A stretch of 35,481 nt of DNA from Octopus bimaculoides (taxonomy: Eukaryota): the NCBI RefSeq assembly GCF_001194135.2, contig NC_068988.1, positions 97,461,887-97,497,367 on the forward strand, read 5' to 3'. Below the pieces are notes generated by a model. That model ran no database searches and was not told where the DNA came from. It was given only the letters and a program-made list of their open reading frames with translations. The position numbers were made by a program, and so were the translations under genes. Positions 23,178 through 34,581 of this stretch are shown piece by piece. The first letter of the stretch is position 1; every line of letters starts with the position of its first letter.

Positions 23178-24574
23178 CATACAGAGAGAGAGAGAGAGAG
23201 AGAAAAAGATAAAAGAGTATGCATACATAAAATAGTAAAAGAATATCTATTTATCTATACGTATGTATGTATGTGTGTGTGTGTATCTTCAATATATTAT
23301 ATCAATATAAATCCGCTATAAAGTGTGTCTATACATGGAGACTGCTTGTTTAGGCTTATGTTTTTTACATGTGTGCATGCATCTATATGTGTCTGTATGT
23401 ATGAGTGTGAATTTGTGTATATAAGTTTCAACTTTGTAATTCTAAATATGTTTCTAATTGCTTTGACTCGCATGATTTTTCTCATTTATACTTTTTACTT
23501 TAATTACAGCGAGAAAAAGAAACCAATCAAAATATTGGAACATTGATTAGCGAAATCGCTGTTGTCAATATCAATGAAATATATAATGGACACGGCGATA
23601 ACTACAAAGAATACGGTGATTATTACATCGATGATAAACTTTACGATAATGATGATGATGAAAATGCTGATGCGTGTTTTACCGAGCAAAATAACGAAAC
23701 CTTCAACGATAAGTGTAAATCTAACAACAATGAAAAATTCGACATTGCTAGATACTATCACTACATCGATGTTATCAATGATGCTATCGAGTACAATAGT
23801 AAAGATAACGTGGTGATAATGGGGATTAGTGCTTATAATGCAGATTATTCAATGATTAGGATTCAGTTAATTAAAAGAGAGATTTTAGAGAGAGAAAGCG
23901 GACATCAGAGCACAGCGTAAGCGAATGATACAGTAATTACTACAAAAACAACAATAACCTCCATCACCACCACTTGTACTACTACCACTACTACAGAAAT
24001 AGAAGTACCAATAGTAACAATTCCCACCTCGAACGTAAACTTTGCTACGGAAAACAAGAGCAGCAACAACAACAATACTAATTATAACAACAGCAGCAAG
24101 AACGCGAACAAGAAGGTATCACATAAGATTGTTTATCGTTCAAAAGCGCGAGGATTCACGTCTATGTCGCACCTTTTGCACAGACACACGTACACACACA
24201 CATATACAAGCTGTATAAACGCATGAGATAATTTCGAAAAGTCTCATAGCACATACATACAATAGCAACAACAAAAACAATACAAATATTAACAGACTAT
24301 CGTCCACATTTTGAATCGAACCCACAATTTTGACTTCCTTTTCCATTCACCTTATTTCTGATTTCTGTTTACCGGAAATATATTTCTTCTTCCTCCATTT
24401 TCAAAGTTACTCTTTCAAAACTTTCGACACAGACTTCTCCTCCCACCATCTCCTCCACTGACACTACTACTAATAACAACAATAATAATAATAATAATCT
24501 ATGAACATAACTAAGAAATACTTTTGGATGTTTTTGGCCCCTTTCCGTACCCATTGCCATCGCTCTGTCCATTC

Positions 24575-24662
24575 ATAAGAGGGCTGATCTAGTTTTTTTT
24601 CTTTACACCAAACTTTCTGGCCCTGTGCCTTTGTTAAGAAATTATTATTATTATTATTATTT
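24575..24662 (+). mobile_element. Family B SINE 3' end immediately upstream of the FoxD ATG
   Basis: aaactttctggccctgtgcctttgttaagaaa(att)n aligns with the family B end tttcaggcctcgtgcctttagtagaaagg(att)n at 11892-11930. Confidence 0.6.
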
Positions 24663-24681
24663 CAATTTCACTCGTTCTTGT

Positions 24682-27387
24682 ATGATGAGGTTTGATATGA
24701 AATCTATCCTTCCAAGGGAGACAGCAGATGAGGTACCGGATAAACAACAAGCATTCCCTAACATCGTCCCTGGTTCCAGGCAGAACAACAAGAACAACAA
24801 CCACCACAGCAACAACAATAGCAATAACAGTAACAATAATAAAAACATAACCACGACCACCTCCACCTTAAGAATGTCGTCTTCGTCGTCATCGTCGTCG
24901 CTGCCGGCTCGGATAACAAGTTTCGGCACGTCTAATGGTCTGCATCTGGATTCGAACCCGCCGTTGTCACCTTTGGACCACATAGATCAAAGTCATCCTC
25001 TCCATCCTCACCACCATCTCCACCATCACCACCATCATCACCACAACCACCAGCAGCAGCAGCAACCACCACTCCAACACCATCACAACTACCAACATCA
25101 CCACCACCTCAACAACAACAACAACCAACAGCAGCAGTTACAGCAGCAAAACCAAATTGACAGTAGTATTAATATCAGCAACAATCACAATAGCAACAAC
25201 AATAATAACGGCAGCAGCAGCAGCAATGGAAGCAGTCACAAGATCAACAGCAGTGACGGAAGCAGCAGCGGCGGCGGCGGCAGCAACAAAAATACCAGCA
25301 GCAGCGGCAATAATGTTATTGCCGGACGGAATGGTCATTTAAACCAAAATCACCTCAACAACAATAACAACAACAACAGTAATAATTCCAATCCGAAGAA
25401 CAAGACTCACGCCCATCACTACCATCATCATCATCACCACCACCGGCGCCACCATCCCCACCATCACCAACAGCACCAACATGGTCAACAACAACAGCAC
25501 AGTCTCAGCAGTAATTCGAAACTGTGTCCCAGTGAATGCAAGTCGCCGTCAATAACACCATCGCCACCACCACCTGTCCTACCATCCTCATCTGCACCAT
25601 TACTGCAAACAACGAATGTAAGAACGTCACCGCCGTCATCTTCGTCCCCAACAACGCCACCTGCTCCAACGTCTTCACCGCCACCACTTCTGCCTCTGCC
25701 AACGCCAGCTCCGACGGTGTTTCCGTTGCCAGCCTCCCCGCTCGCGTCGTTGCCGCCGACTGCAGGACTGGAAGACGACATGAGACACGATATTGACGTT
25801 GACGTCGACGTAGATGTTGACGTCGACGTTGACGAGAACGACGACTACCTCGATGATGATGACTTAGATGACGAGGGCGACGGCGACGATGCTGACGGCG
25901 ACGTAGACGACGGTGATGACGACTTAGATGACGCTCCAATTGACGTTGACGGTTTCTGTCCGACGCCAGATTTGAAACCTTCCCTCTCAGATTTAGATAC
26001 CTCACCGAATACTGCGTCTTCTTCACCATCAATGTCATCATCCTCTCCATCAGCATCTTCCCCACCATCATCCTCATCACAATCACTGTCATCAACGGCA
26101 GCAGCGGCGGCGGCGGCGGCGGCAATGGCATCGTCCCTCTCATTAACATCACCAACAAACAACAACAGAAGCAATACGCCGTCACCACCAACAACATTAA
26201 CAACAACAACGTCTGTGTCAACGACAATAGCAGCAGCAGCAGCAGAAGCAGCAGCAGCAACAACGACGACGACCCCAACGTCAGCGGCGGCCATTTTCGA
26301 CTGCATGAATGGTATTGCTAGCCACATTGACCACATAGGGAGACACACGGAAAGAGACAACAATACAGTGTCGCCGCCAATCAAACACAAAGTAGAAATC
26401 GAAGACGATCTGAATGGACATCACACTGATGGGGATCGGACACCGTCACCTTCTGTGCCGCTGGCGTCCTCGACCAAAGGTTCGAATTTAGTGAAACCTC
26501 CTTATTCATACATTGCTCTCATCACCATGTCCATTTTACAATCACCTCGCAAAAGGCTTACACTGTCTGCCATATGTGATTTCATAATCAACCGTTTCCC
26601 ATATTACAGAGAGAAATTCCCGGCTTGGCAAAACAGTATAAGACACAACCTGTCACTGAACGACTGTTTTGTAAAAATACCTCGCGAACCGGGAAATCCG
26701 GGAAAAGGAAACTACTGGACCTTAGATCCCGCCTCCGAGGACATGTTCGACAATGGTAGCTTCTTGCGACGCCGAAAACGCTACAAAAGGCAGACACCGG
26801 ACGTTCAACAGTCGGCGGCGGCGGCAGCGGCAGCGGCTTTCATGTCCGGCGGAGACCCTTTTTACCCTCACCATCGCTTCCAGCCCTACCCAATTATGGG
26901 CTTACCGTACCACACGTCTCACGTCAGCCCCCACATCCCGCTCTTTGCTCACGGCGGCGCCGATGCAAACAGGACATCAACGCTACTGCCCGTTTCGTTG
27001 GGCCTCTCCACGTCACCTAGTCAAACGAGTTTACTAAATGCAGCCAAGAGCATTGCTGCAAACTGCGGAGTTGAACTGAAACCACCGGCTCCAACGGCCA
27101 AGAACGGATTTTCAATCGACAGTATTATCGGTAAACAATCGGAAGGCAAACTAAACCTCGAAACACAACCGACAGCCCTCACCTGTTTCCGAACTGATTT
27201 GTCGCCAGCCACTGTCCAAATGTCAATGCCAAGTGGTTTACCAGCATTTCGGCCCGCGAGCATCGACATGTTTCGACAGGCGACCAGTGCTTTCAGTAGC
27301 CCGTTTGCTTTTGCTGTCAACCCATTGGATGTTGACAAATACAGGCATTATTTACAAACGTGTGGTTTAGCCGGATGGCCTCGGTGA
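24682..27387 (+). CDS. FoxD: Forkhead box D transcription factor, single coding exon, 901 aa from the first in-frame ATG
   Basis: Uninterrupted ORF containing [99 protein letters not shown]. The [37 protein letters not shown] stretch is diagnostic of FoxD. The track start at 24625 is GTG, so the first ATG is used. Alternative ATGs lie at 24685, 24697, 24874 and 25780, so the true start is uncertain. Confidence 0.95.
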   Translation: MMRFDMKSILPRETADEVPDKQQAFPNIVPGSRQNNKNNNHHSNNNSNNSNNNKNITTTTSTLRMSSSSSSSSLPARITSFGTSNGLHLDSNPPLSPLDHIDQSHPLHPHHHLHHHHHHHHNHQQQQQPPLQHHHNYQHHHHLNNNNNQQQQLQQQNQIDSSINISNNHNSNNNNNGSSSSNGSSHKINSSDGSSSGGGGSNKNTSSSGNNVIAGRNGHLNQNHLNNNNNNNSNNSNPKNKTHAHHYHHHHHHHRRHHPHHHQQHQHGQQQQHSLSSNSKLCPSECKSPSITPSPPPPVLPSSSAPLLQTTNVRTSPPSSSSPTTPPAPTSSPPPLLPLPTPAPTVFPLPASPLASLPPTAGLEDDMRHDIDVDVDVDVDVDVDENDDYLDDDDLDDEGDGDDADGDVDDGDDDLDDAPIDVDGFCPTPDLKPSLSDLDTSPNTASSSPSMSSSSPSASSPPSSSSQSLSSTAAAAAAAAAMASSLSLTSPTNNNRSNTPSPPTTLTTTTSVSTTIAAAAAEAAAATTTTTPTSAAAIFDCMNGIASHIDHIGRHTERDNNTVSPPIKHKVEIEDDLNGHHTDGDRTPSPSVPLASSTKGSNLVKPPYSYIALITMSILQSPRKRLTLSAICDFIINRFPYYREKFPAWQNSIRHNLSLNDCFVKIPREPGNPGKGNYWTLDPASEDMFDNGSFLRRRKRYKRQTPDVQQSAAAAAAAAFMSGGDPFYPHHRFQPYPIMGLPYHTSHVSPHIPLFAHGGADANRTSTLLPVSLGLSTSPSQTSLLNAAKSIAANCGVELKPPAPTAKNGFSIDSIIGKQSEGKLNLETQPTALTCFRTDLSPATVQMSMPSGLPAFRPASIDMFRQATSAFSSPFAFAVNPLDVDKYRHYLQTCGLAGWPR
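25771..25953 (+). other. FoxD: Acidic tract [23 protein letters not shown]...DDAPIDVDG
   Basis: Direct translation. It resembles the N-terminal acidic D(I/V)DV region of vertebrate FoxD1/FoxD3. Confidence 0.75.
26494..26790 (+). other. FoxD: Forkhead (winged-helix) DNA-binding domain, 99 codons, KPPYSY to RRRKRYKR
   Basis: Direct translation. About 8 substitutions from the FOXD3 domain as I recall it; the [10 protein letters not shown] recognition helix and basic C-terminal tail are intact. Confidence 0.97.
27109..27132 (+). other. FoxD: eh1 Groucho/TLE-binding motif FSIDSIIG
   Basis: ttt tca atc gac agt att atc ggt matches FSIxxI(I/L), lying C-terminal to the forkhead domain as in FoxD proteins. 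Confidence 0.9.
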
Positions 27388-27527
27388 CAGCGTTCGCCAC
27401 CACCTACCATTAGTACTGACTCTAAATTATAAATACATACACAGAAAGAAAAACACACTCACACACACACACATGGTCATTTGAAAATTTCATTGTATGA
27501 AACATAATTAAAAGTAGAAGCAGTAAA

Positions 27528-27533
27528 AATAAA
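27528..27533 (+). terminator. Candidate proximal polyadenylation signal AATAAA
   Basis: AATAAA 140 bp after the FoxD stop, with ATTAAA at 27507. The hexamer is common in AT-rich DNA. Confidence 0.3.
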
Positions 27534-28306
27534 GGAATACAACAAGTAAACAACTGATGTACAAAACAGAAACAAAAAAAGTGATGAAAATCAAAAGAAG
27601 AAAACAGAAACAGTTTACAACAAAACTTATTCTAAGCGACAGCAGCAACCATCGTTGACAACCGCGAAGAGAGGCTACAACAAAAATATGGACAACAAAA
27701 TGCTTAAGAAAAACTTGTCACAAAACATAGGTCCATTATATATATACACACACACACACACATATATATACATACATGTTTATGTACACACACAAACAAT
27801 TCACACATATATGAAGAATGTCTGTTGTCGTCTTACCTTGAGATATGTTGAGTTTTGTTGACAATGTTTAGGTTGTGGTTGCTGCTGCTATTCGCCTTGT
27901 TGTCGATATCCTGATGAAAAGACAGCGGTTTCATTCAATGTCTGCTTTTCTTCCTTGTTCCTTCCACTTTTCTACTTGTTTACACTTCCTTTTCTTCTAC
28001 ATTCTTCTGTTTACGTTTTTTGTATCCTTCTCGTTTAATGTCCTCTCTTTCAATATCCTTATTCAAAACGGACCTCATTCATAATTCAAAGGACTCCTTC
28101 TGCACTTCCTTCCAAAAACAGAAGTAAGACAATAGGATTTACCAAAGTTTTGATCAGGACTTCTTTGAAGAAAGTGACGATATTGAAACAAATACATTTA
28201 CTAACGCCTATCGGACGTTCTCGATATACTCGACGTATATCAACCATTGAGACACTACTTGAAACTCTAAACAGAGTGAAAAACAAAAAAATTGACAACG
28301 GCGATG

Positions 28307-28312
28307 AATAAA
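28307..28312 (+). terminator. Candidate distal polyadenylation signal AATAAA
   Basis: AATAAA at the end of the largely non-repetitive 3' flank, just before microsatellite-rich DNA resumes. Confidence 0.3.
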
Positions 28313-28956
28313 AAAAAAATCACTCAATCTATCCATATATATATATGTATATATATATGATACTCATCAGCAAATATAATGGTAATACCATTTTCTTTGA
28401 AGAATTTCTAAATGTCTTGTGCACGTTGGTGAATGAATGACAAATCATATGAATGTATGAATAAATAGAATCTGAACAAAAAAAATTATATGTCAACTTA
28501 TATATCTTTACTTTTTGTCTCAACGTGCACACACAGAAACACATATATGTATATACACATACACATATATATGCACGTTAGTACTTATAAGTACATGCAT
28601 ATGTATGTGTGCATTATGGCTTTCACACCTGCACATGTCTGCAAATGTATATATTTCTTTGTTTATTAACTTACGCGCTCTTTCATGCATGCACAGGAAC
28701 AAGCTCAAAACATTTAGTATAAGTTTATGCATATGTTTACATCAATCTCTCTATAAATGTATAAATATGTATATTTGGGGTTGAGTATGTGTGTGTGAGT
28801 ATGTGTGCATACAAGTTGGCATGTAAACATTTTTACACTCGTTTTCATAAGCGTGAAACACAGACGTATGCATTAATGTAACCTGTAAAGATCGGTTATT
28901 TCGGAGAGATTAACTCATAAAAAAGAAACCCACTCGAAAGTATGTATGAATGTATA

Positions 28957-29003
<47 letters not shown>

Positions 29004-30285
29004 CATTTGCATATATATATATATATATATATTATATACATTTGCATATATATATATATATNNNNNNNNNNNNNNNNNNNNNNNNNNNNNNNNNNNNNNN
29101 NNNNNNNNNNNNNNNNNNNNNNNNNNNNNNNNNNNNNNNNNNNNNNNNNNNNNNNNNNNNNNNNNNNNNNNNNNNNNNNNNNNNNNNNNNNNNNNNNNNN
29201 NNNNNNNNNNNNNNNNNNNNNNNNNNNNNNNNNNNNNNNNNNNNNNNNNNNNNNNNNNNNNNNNNNNNNNNNNNNNNNNNNNNNNNNNNNNNNNNNNNNN
29301 NNNNNNNNNNNNNNNNNNNNNNNNNNNNNNNNNNNNNNNNNNNNNNNNNNNNNNNNNNNNNNNNNNNNNNNNNNNNNNNNNNNNNNNNNNNNNNNNNNNN
29401 NNNNNNNNATATATATATATATATACACATATACGTATGCATATATATTATATACATTTGCATACATATATATATATATATATACACATATATATGCACA
29501 CACACACATATATATATATATATGTATATATATGCATTTGTGTATACATATTTAGATCTATATGTGTGTGTGTGTGTAGGTGTATATATGTTGTATTTCG
29601 GGACAGTCATTTTTTTTTTTTTTGCCAAATAAACACACGCACTATATATTCGTTTTCTTCTCGTTTATTACTGTTCTTATTTTCACTCATGTTCACTATC
29701 AGGAAATCTTCCATCATGAATATCTACATATAAATATAAGCTAACTCAATATCTACCAATTTATTTATCTGTGAGCGTGCATATGTATATATGAATGTAT
29801 GTAGATATATATGTATGTATCTATCTGTCTGCGTATTAAAATTTGTTTTTATGTCAAGTTATATACAAAGCAATTCTAGTACTAAACTGAAGAATTACTC
29901 ACTGCGACAATGACTTCCGATTTACCACCTCCTCGCCATCCAGATTGTGTAATATGCTTAAATACAAATGTATAATTATTGTTATACACAACAAATTTAT
30001 AAATGTACATATCTGCATATCTACATACATATTTATATACATATATGTATGTATATATGTGTGTATATATGTATGTATATGTGTGTATATATATATATAT
30101 GTATGTATATATATATATATATATATACATATATGCATATATACAAATGTGTATATATATATGTGTGTGTATTAATTTCGCTTAGGCATTGTGATACAAA
30201 TAAGCCGGTGATGAATTCAATATACATAAGCAACTGAAAAAAAAATGTTAGTCGAGTATAGAGCAGTAATAAGAAAAAAGACAAA

Positions 30286-30417
30286 GGAATAAAGAATAGT
30301 CTTAGGAACTTTATTAGCTTACGGCTTTTTTTTTTCCTGCTCTAGATGATGTACTGGGCCTAGAGAGGAAACAGCTGTAAGCTAATGGAAGAAGTTCCTA
30401 AGATAAATGTTTATTCC
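30286..30417. mobile_element. Fold-back (MITE-like) element
   Basis: Nested inverted repeats: ggaataaa/tttattcc, tcttaggaactt/aagttcctaaga, attagcttac/gtaagctaat, and tttcct(g)ctctag/ctagagaggaaa. Confidence 0.7.
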
Positions 30418-30579
30418 TCTGGTATATCAATGCGTACTGAAATACGCTCATATATATAATATATATATGTATGTATATGTATGTATATATATATATGTAT
30501 GTATATATATATATGTATGTATGTATATATATATATATATGTATGTATATATATATATGTGTATATATATGTGTATATA

Positions 30580-30870
30580 TATATATACTTATATATATAT
30601 ATATACTTATATATATATATATATACTTATACGTGTGTGTGTGTGTGTGTATATATATATATGTGTATATATATATATACTTATACGTGTGTGTGTGTAT
30701 ATATATATATATACTTATATATATATATATCTACTTATATATATCTACTTATATATATATATATCTACTTATATATACTTATACGTGTGTGTGTGTGTGT
30801 ATATATATATATGTGTATATATATATATACTTATACGTGTGTGTGTGTATATATATATATATGTGTATAT
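30580..30870. repeat. Compound higher-order microsatellite, tacttatacg(tg)n(ta)n repeated
   Basis: acttatacgtgtgtg recurs four times with acttatatata spacers. Confidence 0.85.
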
Positions 30871-32247
30871 ATATATATATATATGTATGCATGTATATAT
30901 ACATATAATCGTCCAAAGATCGGCATCCAGGAACTCTGAGACGCTTCACCGAATAATGCTTCCCTACTCCCAGCATTGAGAACTCCCGTAATCTTCCTAC
31001 AATATACACGTGATGCTTACATTCACCTATCAACATATACATTCATATGTACATTTATACATATAAATAAAGTGTGTGTATATAAATATATATGTATATA
31101 TATATGTGTGTGTGTGTGCATGTATTTGTTAATATGCACACACACACACACACACACAGACGCACACGCACGTATATTTCTGTATAACTTATTTACGCAT
31201 TTAGTTTAACGCTGTCAATATATTATACATGCAACATTCTACAATAAAGCATATTTATTTCATCTCACAAACGGCTGTCTGTACGATATTATGCATATAT
31301 TTATATACGCTTATGTCATATTTAACGTGTACTTCTCTCTCTCTTTCTCGTTTGTGTGTAGGTAGAGAGATAGATGAATAGATTGACAGATAAATGTATA
31401 TATGTAAATACATATGCATTGAATTTAACTAGTATCAGACGACTTCATACATTCAAACGAACACACGCACTTGTACAAACAAAAACGGGTTTTACACACA
31501 ATCATACGTGTATTTAATGTCTGTGTGTTAATATGAATCTAAATACACACATATACATGGATATATGTAACAGTTATTATTAGTATTGTTAATTTGATAA
31601 TTTATAGTATGGCTGTGTAGGTTCCTATATATACAAACAGAAAATGGAAAGCAATTGTTGTTGTGATATTATGTAGGAGATTTTATATCCCGACAAAACT
31701 AAATTTGTTGGTTCTTCATTTGGGATCGATAAAAAAAAAAAAAGGACAAATGAAATTGTCAAGTAATTAAGTCGAAATAATCAGCTGTACATATCGGACA
31801 GCACCTTTTAGAAGAGTGTAGCTGTATTGGAGATACTGGGGCAATTACCCAGTTACCTAGAGTGTTGTTGCCATAGCTCTGCCTTCGTCCAAAGCCACCA
31901 GCAGTCATTCATTATTGAGGATTTGTGTTATTGTTTATTGTTCACAGATTAGAATTTTAAGGGAGGGGGCAGACGACTTCCTGGTATGAAATGCAACATG
32001 AAGTAGAGAAAGATATAAACAGAAACACCTTCTTGCCGCGAGCGCTCGCGTGTGTGTGTGTAGAAATACGTAGTGTTTGTAATGGTTTTGAAGTTTATAA
32101 ATTTTTCTAAGTACATAGATATATGCGATCATAAGAGCATCCAGGAATTTTGTATACACATACAGACACGTACGCCGCAAACACACACATATATATATAT
32201 ATACCGTACAGGTAACTTAAGCAAGAAATATATATATAGAGAGAGAG

Positions 32248-32627
32248 AGGCGCAGGTGTGGCGGTGTGGTAAGAAACTTTCTTCCTAATCACATGGTTCC
32301 GGGTTCAGTCCCAGTGCATGTCTTCTAGTATAGCCTCCGGCCGACCACGGACTTATGAATGGATATGATAGACGGAAACTGGAAGATGTCCATCATATGT
32401 GTGTTTGATAACCGCTTGATAACAGGTATTGGCGTGTTTACGTCCCCGTGACGTAGCGGTTTGGCAAAAGGCACCGATGGTATCACGCTTAGTAAAAAAA
32501 TTATGTAGTGGGGTTGATTCATTCTACTGAAAATTCTTCAAGGTTGTGCCCCAGTATGGCCGCAAGTGTCTAGCTCGTGCTCTAGCATGGCCGCAGTCCA
32601 ATGACTTAAGACAAATAAAAGATAAGG
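32248..32627 (+). mobile_element. SINE family A, near full-length copy
   Basis: aggcgcaggtgtggcggtgtggtaag...ccgggttcagtccc head, a short internal microsatellite, and a duplicated (c/t)atggccgca near the 3' end. Confidence 0.85.
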
Positions 32628-32669
32628 TGTAAAGCACACGTGCGTATACATAAATAAATAATATACGTA

Positions 32670-32707
<38 letters not shown>

Positions 32708-33119
32708 CATATATATATAACATATGTGAAATGTCTACATACACAACTCACCGCACAAGATAGATAGACTGGATAGAAAGATGTGTAAGTGCATCATTAA
32801 GCGGAGAGGTTTATTTACAGCTATGGCGTCGTTAAATGTATTGAATGGCGAGTGTCAGGTATACAAGTTTTGTACAAATAGAATTCTCTGCTGCATCTCA
32901 CAGTTTGTTTGGAGGGTGACAGGCCAACAATATCGACTGTTAAACGTTACGCTTTTAGGCGACATCATCCTTAACAACATCAACAGCAGTATCATCATAA
33001 TCATTATCCAGTACGACGACCAGCACCGCCCTCATTTTCATCAACACCATCCCCTAATCGCTGAGTTCGTCCTTATCGTCGTCACGGGACAAAATTATGC
33101 AGTATATTTCTTTTCATTA

Positions 33120-33215
33120 GGTCCTGCGTTCGAATACAGCTGCGGGCCAATCTCAACATTTTATTTCTCCGATGTCCGTAACATAAAATACCAGTCGTAT
33201 ACTGAGGACCGTTCT
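33120..33215 (+). mobile_element. Degenerate family B fragment
   Basis: tcctgcgttcgaatacagc...cataaaataccagtcgtatactgaggaccg. Confidence 0.45.
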
Positions 33216-33495
33216 ACTTACTAGATTCATCAGCCGGGCATATTCAATAACAACAATCATAAACAATAACAAAAACGATCGAATAAAATTATCAGTTAGT
33301 TAGAAACGGCAGCCAACGGTCCCTAAAATCCCGCCCTAGGATTTTGAAATAGATGGAAATAATCGACATATAAAGATAACGGAAGGAACTGAAGAATTAG
33401 GAAAAGAATTTCATAAAAATACGAGAAAAATAATGAACAAAACTTTGAATTGCATTGCGAATATTTGAAGCATTTCCTCGTCACCTTACATAACT

Positions 33496-33532
<37 letters not shown>

Positions 33533-33663
33533 GCATGTGTATATATCTATATATATATAGATAAATAGATAGATAGATACATACATACTGAGATAGAAAC
33601 ACAAACTTACATAGAGCTTAATACAAACTTTCATATTTAAATGTCACTCTCACGCACGCGTTT

Positions 33664-33694
<31 letters not shown>

Positions 33695-33893
33695 GTATGT
33701 ATTTATCAATGAATGTGCGTACTTATCTAACTATGCAGCCATTTATAGAACGTTGTGTTTGTGGGTAAACCATACAATTATGCATATTATTATTTATATA
33801 ATTTATATTGCATAAATAAGTATATATATGTGTGTATATATACGTGTATGTGTTTAACACACACACACACACATATACCTACATAGATTTATA

Positions 33894-33946
<53 letters not shown>

Positions 33947-34298
33947 NNNNNNNNNNNNNNNNNNNNNNNNNNNNNNNNNNNNNNNNNNNNNNNNNNNNNN
34001 NNNNNNNNNNNNNNNNNNNNNNNNNNNNNNNNNNNNNNNNNNNNNNNNNNNNNNNNNNNNNNNNNNNNNNNNNNNNNNNNNNNNNNNNNNNNNNNNNNNN
34101 NNNNNNNNNNNNNNNNNNNNNNNNNNNNNNNNNNNNNNNNNNNNNNNNNNNNNNNNNNNNNNNNNNNNNNNGTGCCTGGGGTTATTTGAGTAAAGAATAT
34201 AATAATTGTCCAGTTCTATATTTAAGAGATGAGGAATTATGTACATTATTTACATTATTTACATTTGACGGATATTTGTCCCCATCTTGTTTGTTGTT

Positions 34299-34344
34299 AA
34301 CACAACGTTTCGGCTGATATACCCTCCAGACTTCTTCAGGTGTC
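34299..34344 (-). ncRNA. Minimal type I hammerhead ribozyme motif, core intact, one stem II mismatch
   Basis: Minus strand reads GACAC CUGAAGA A GUCUG gaggguauau CAGCC GAAA CG UU GUGUU. Stem I is GACAC/GUGUU, stem II is GUCUG/CAGCC, and palindromic ACGU replaces stem III. Confidence 0.6.
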
Positions 34345-34581
34345 TTGGGGAAATTTCGAACCTGGGTTCTCATTCCTAAGGTATTTTTCGAGGTTATTAT
34401 ATTATCATTATTATTATTGTTCAGGGCACACTGCTTGGAATCGAACTCGGAATCTCGGGGTTAAGAGCGCGGGCTACTAACCCCAAGATTCCGAGTTCGA
34501 TACCAGGCAGTGACTTGAATAATAAATAATAACATCGAAAAATACCTTAGGAATGAGAACCCAGGTTCGAAATTTCTCCAA

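Noticed and set aside
24625-24681. ORF-track N-terminus [12 protein letters not shown]...
   Set aside because: It starts at GTG inside a SINE tail, and the poly-Tyr is the (ATT)n tail.
25505-26390. Antisense ORFs of 257 and 181 aa inside FoxD
   Set aside because: They are shadows of triplet-repeat coding sequence that lacks antisense stops, and have no recognisable domain.
27912-27950. CTGATGA followed by an agaca/tgtct stem in the FoxD 3' flank (possible hammerhead)
   Set aside because: No GAAA follows the stem and no stem I/III or NUH site can be formed.
32781-33224. 147-aa ATG ORF
   Set aside because: No domain is recognisable, and it runs through a decayed (ATC) tract and a family B SINE remnant.
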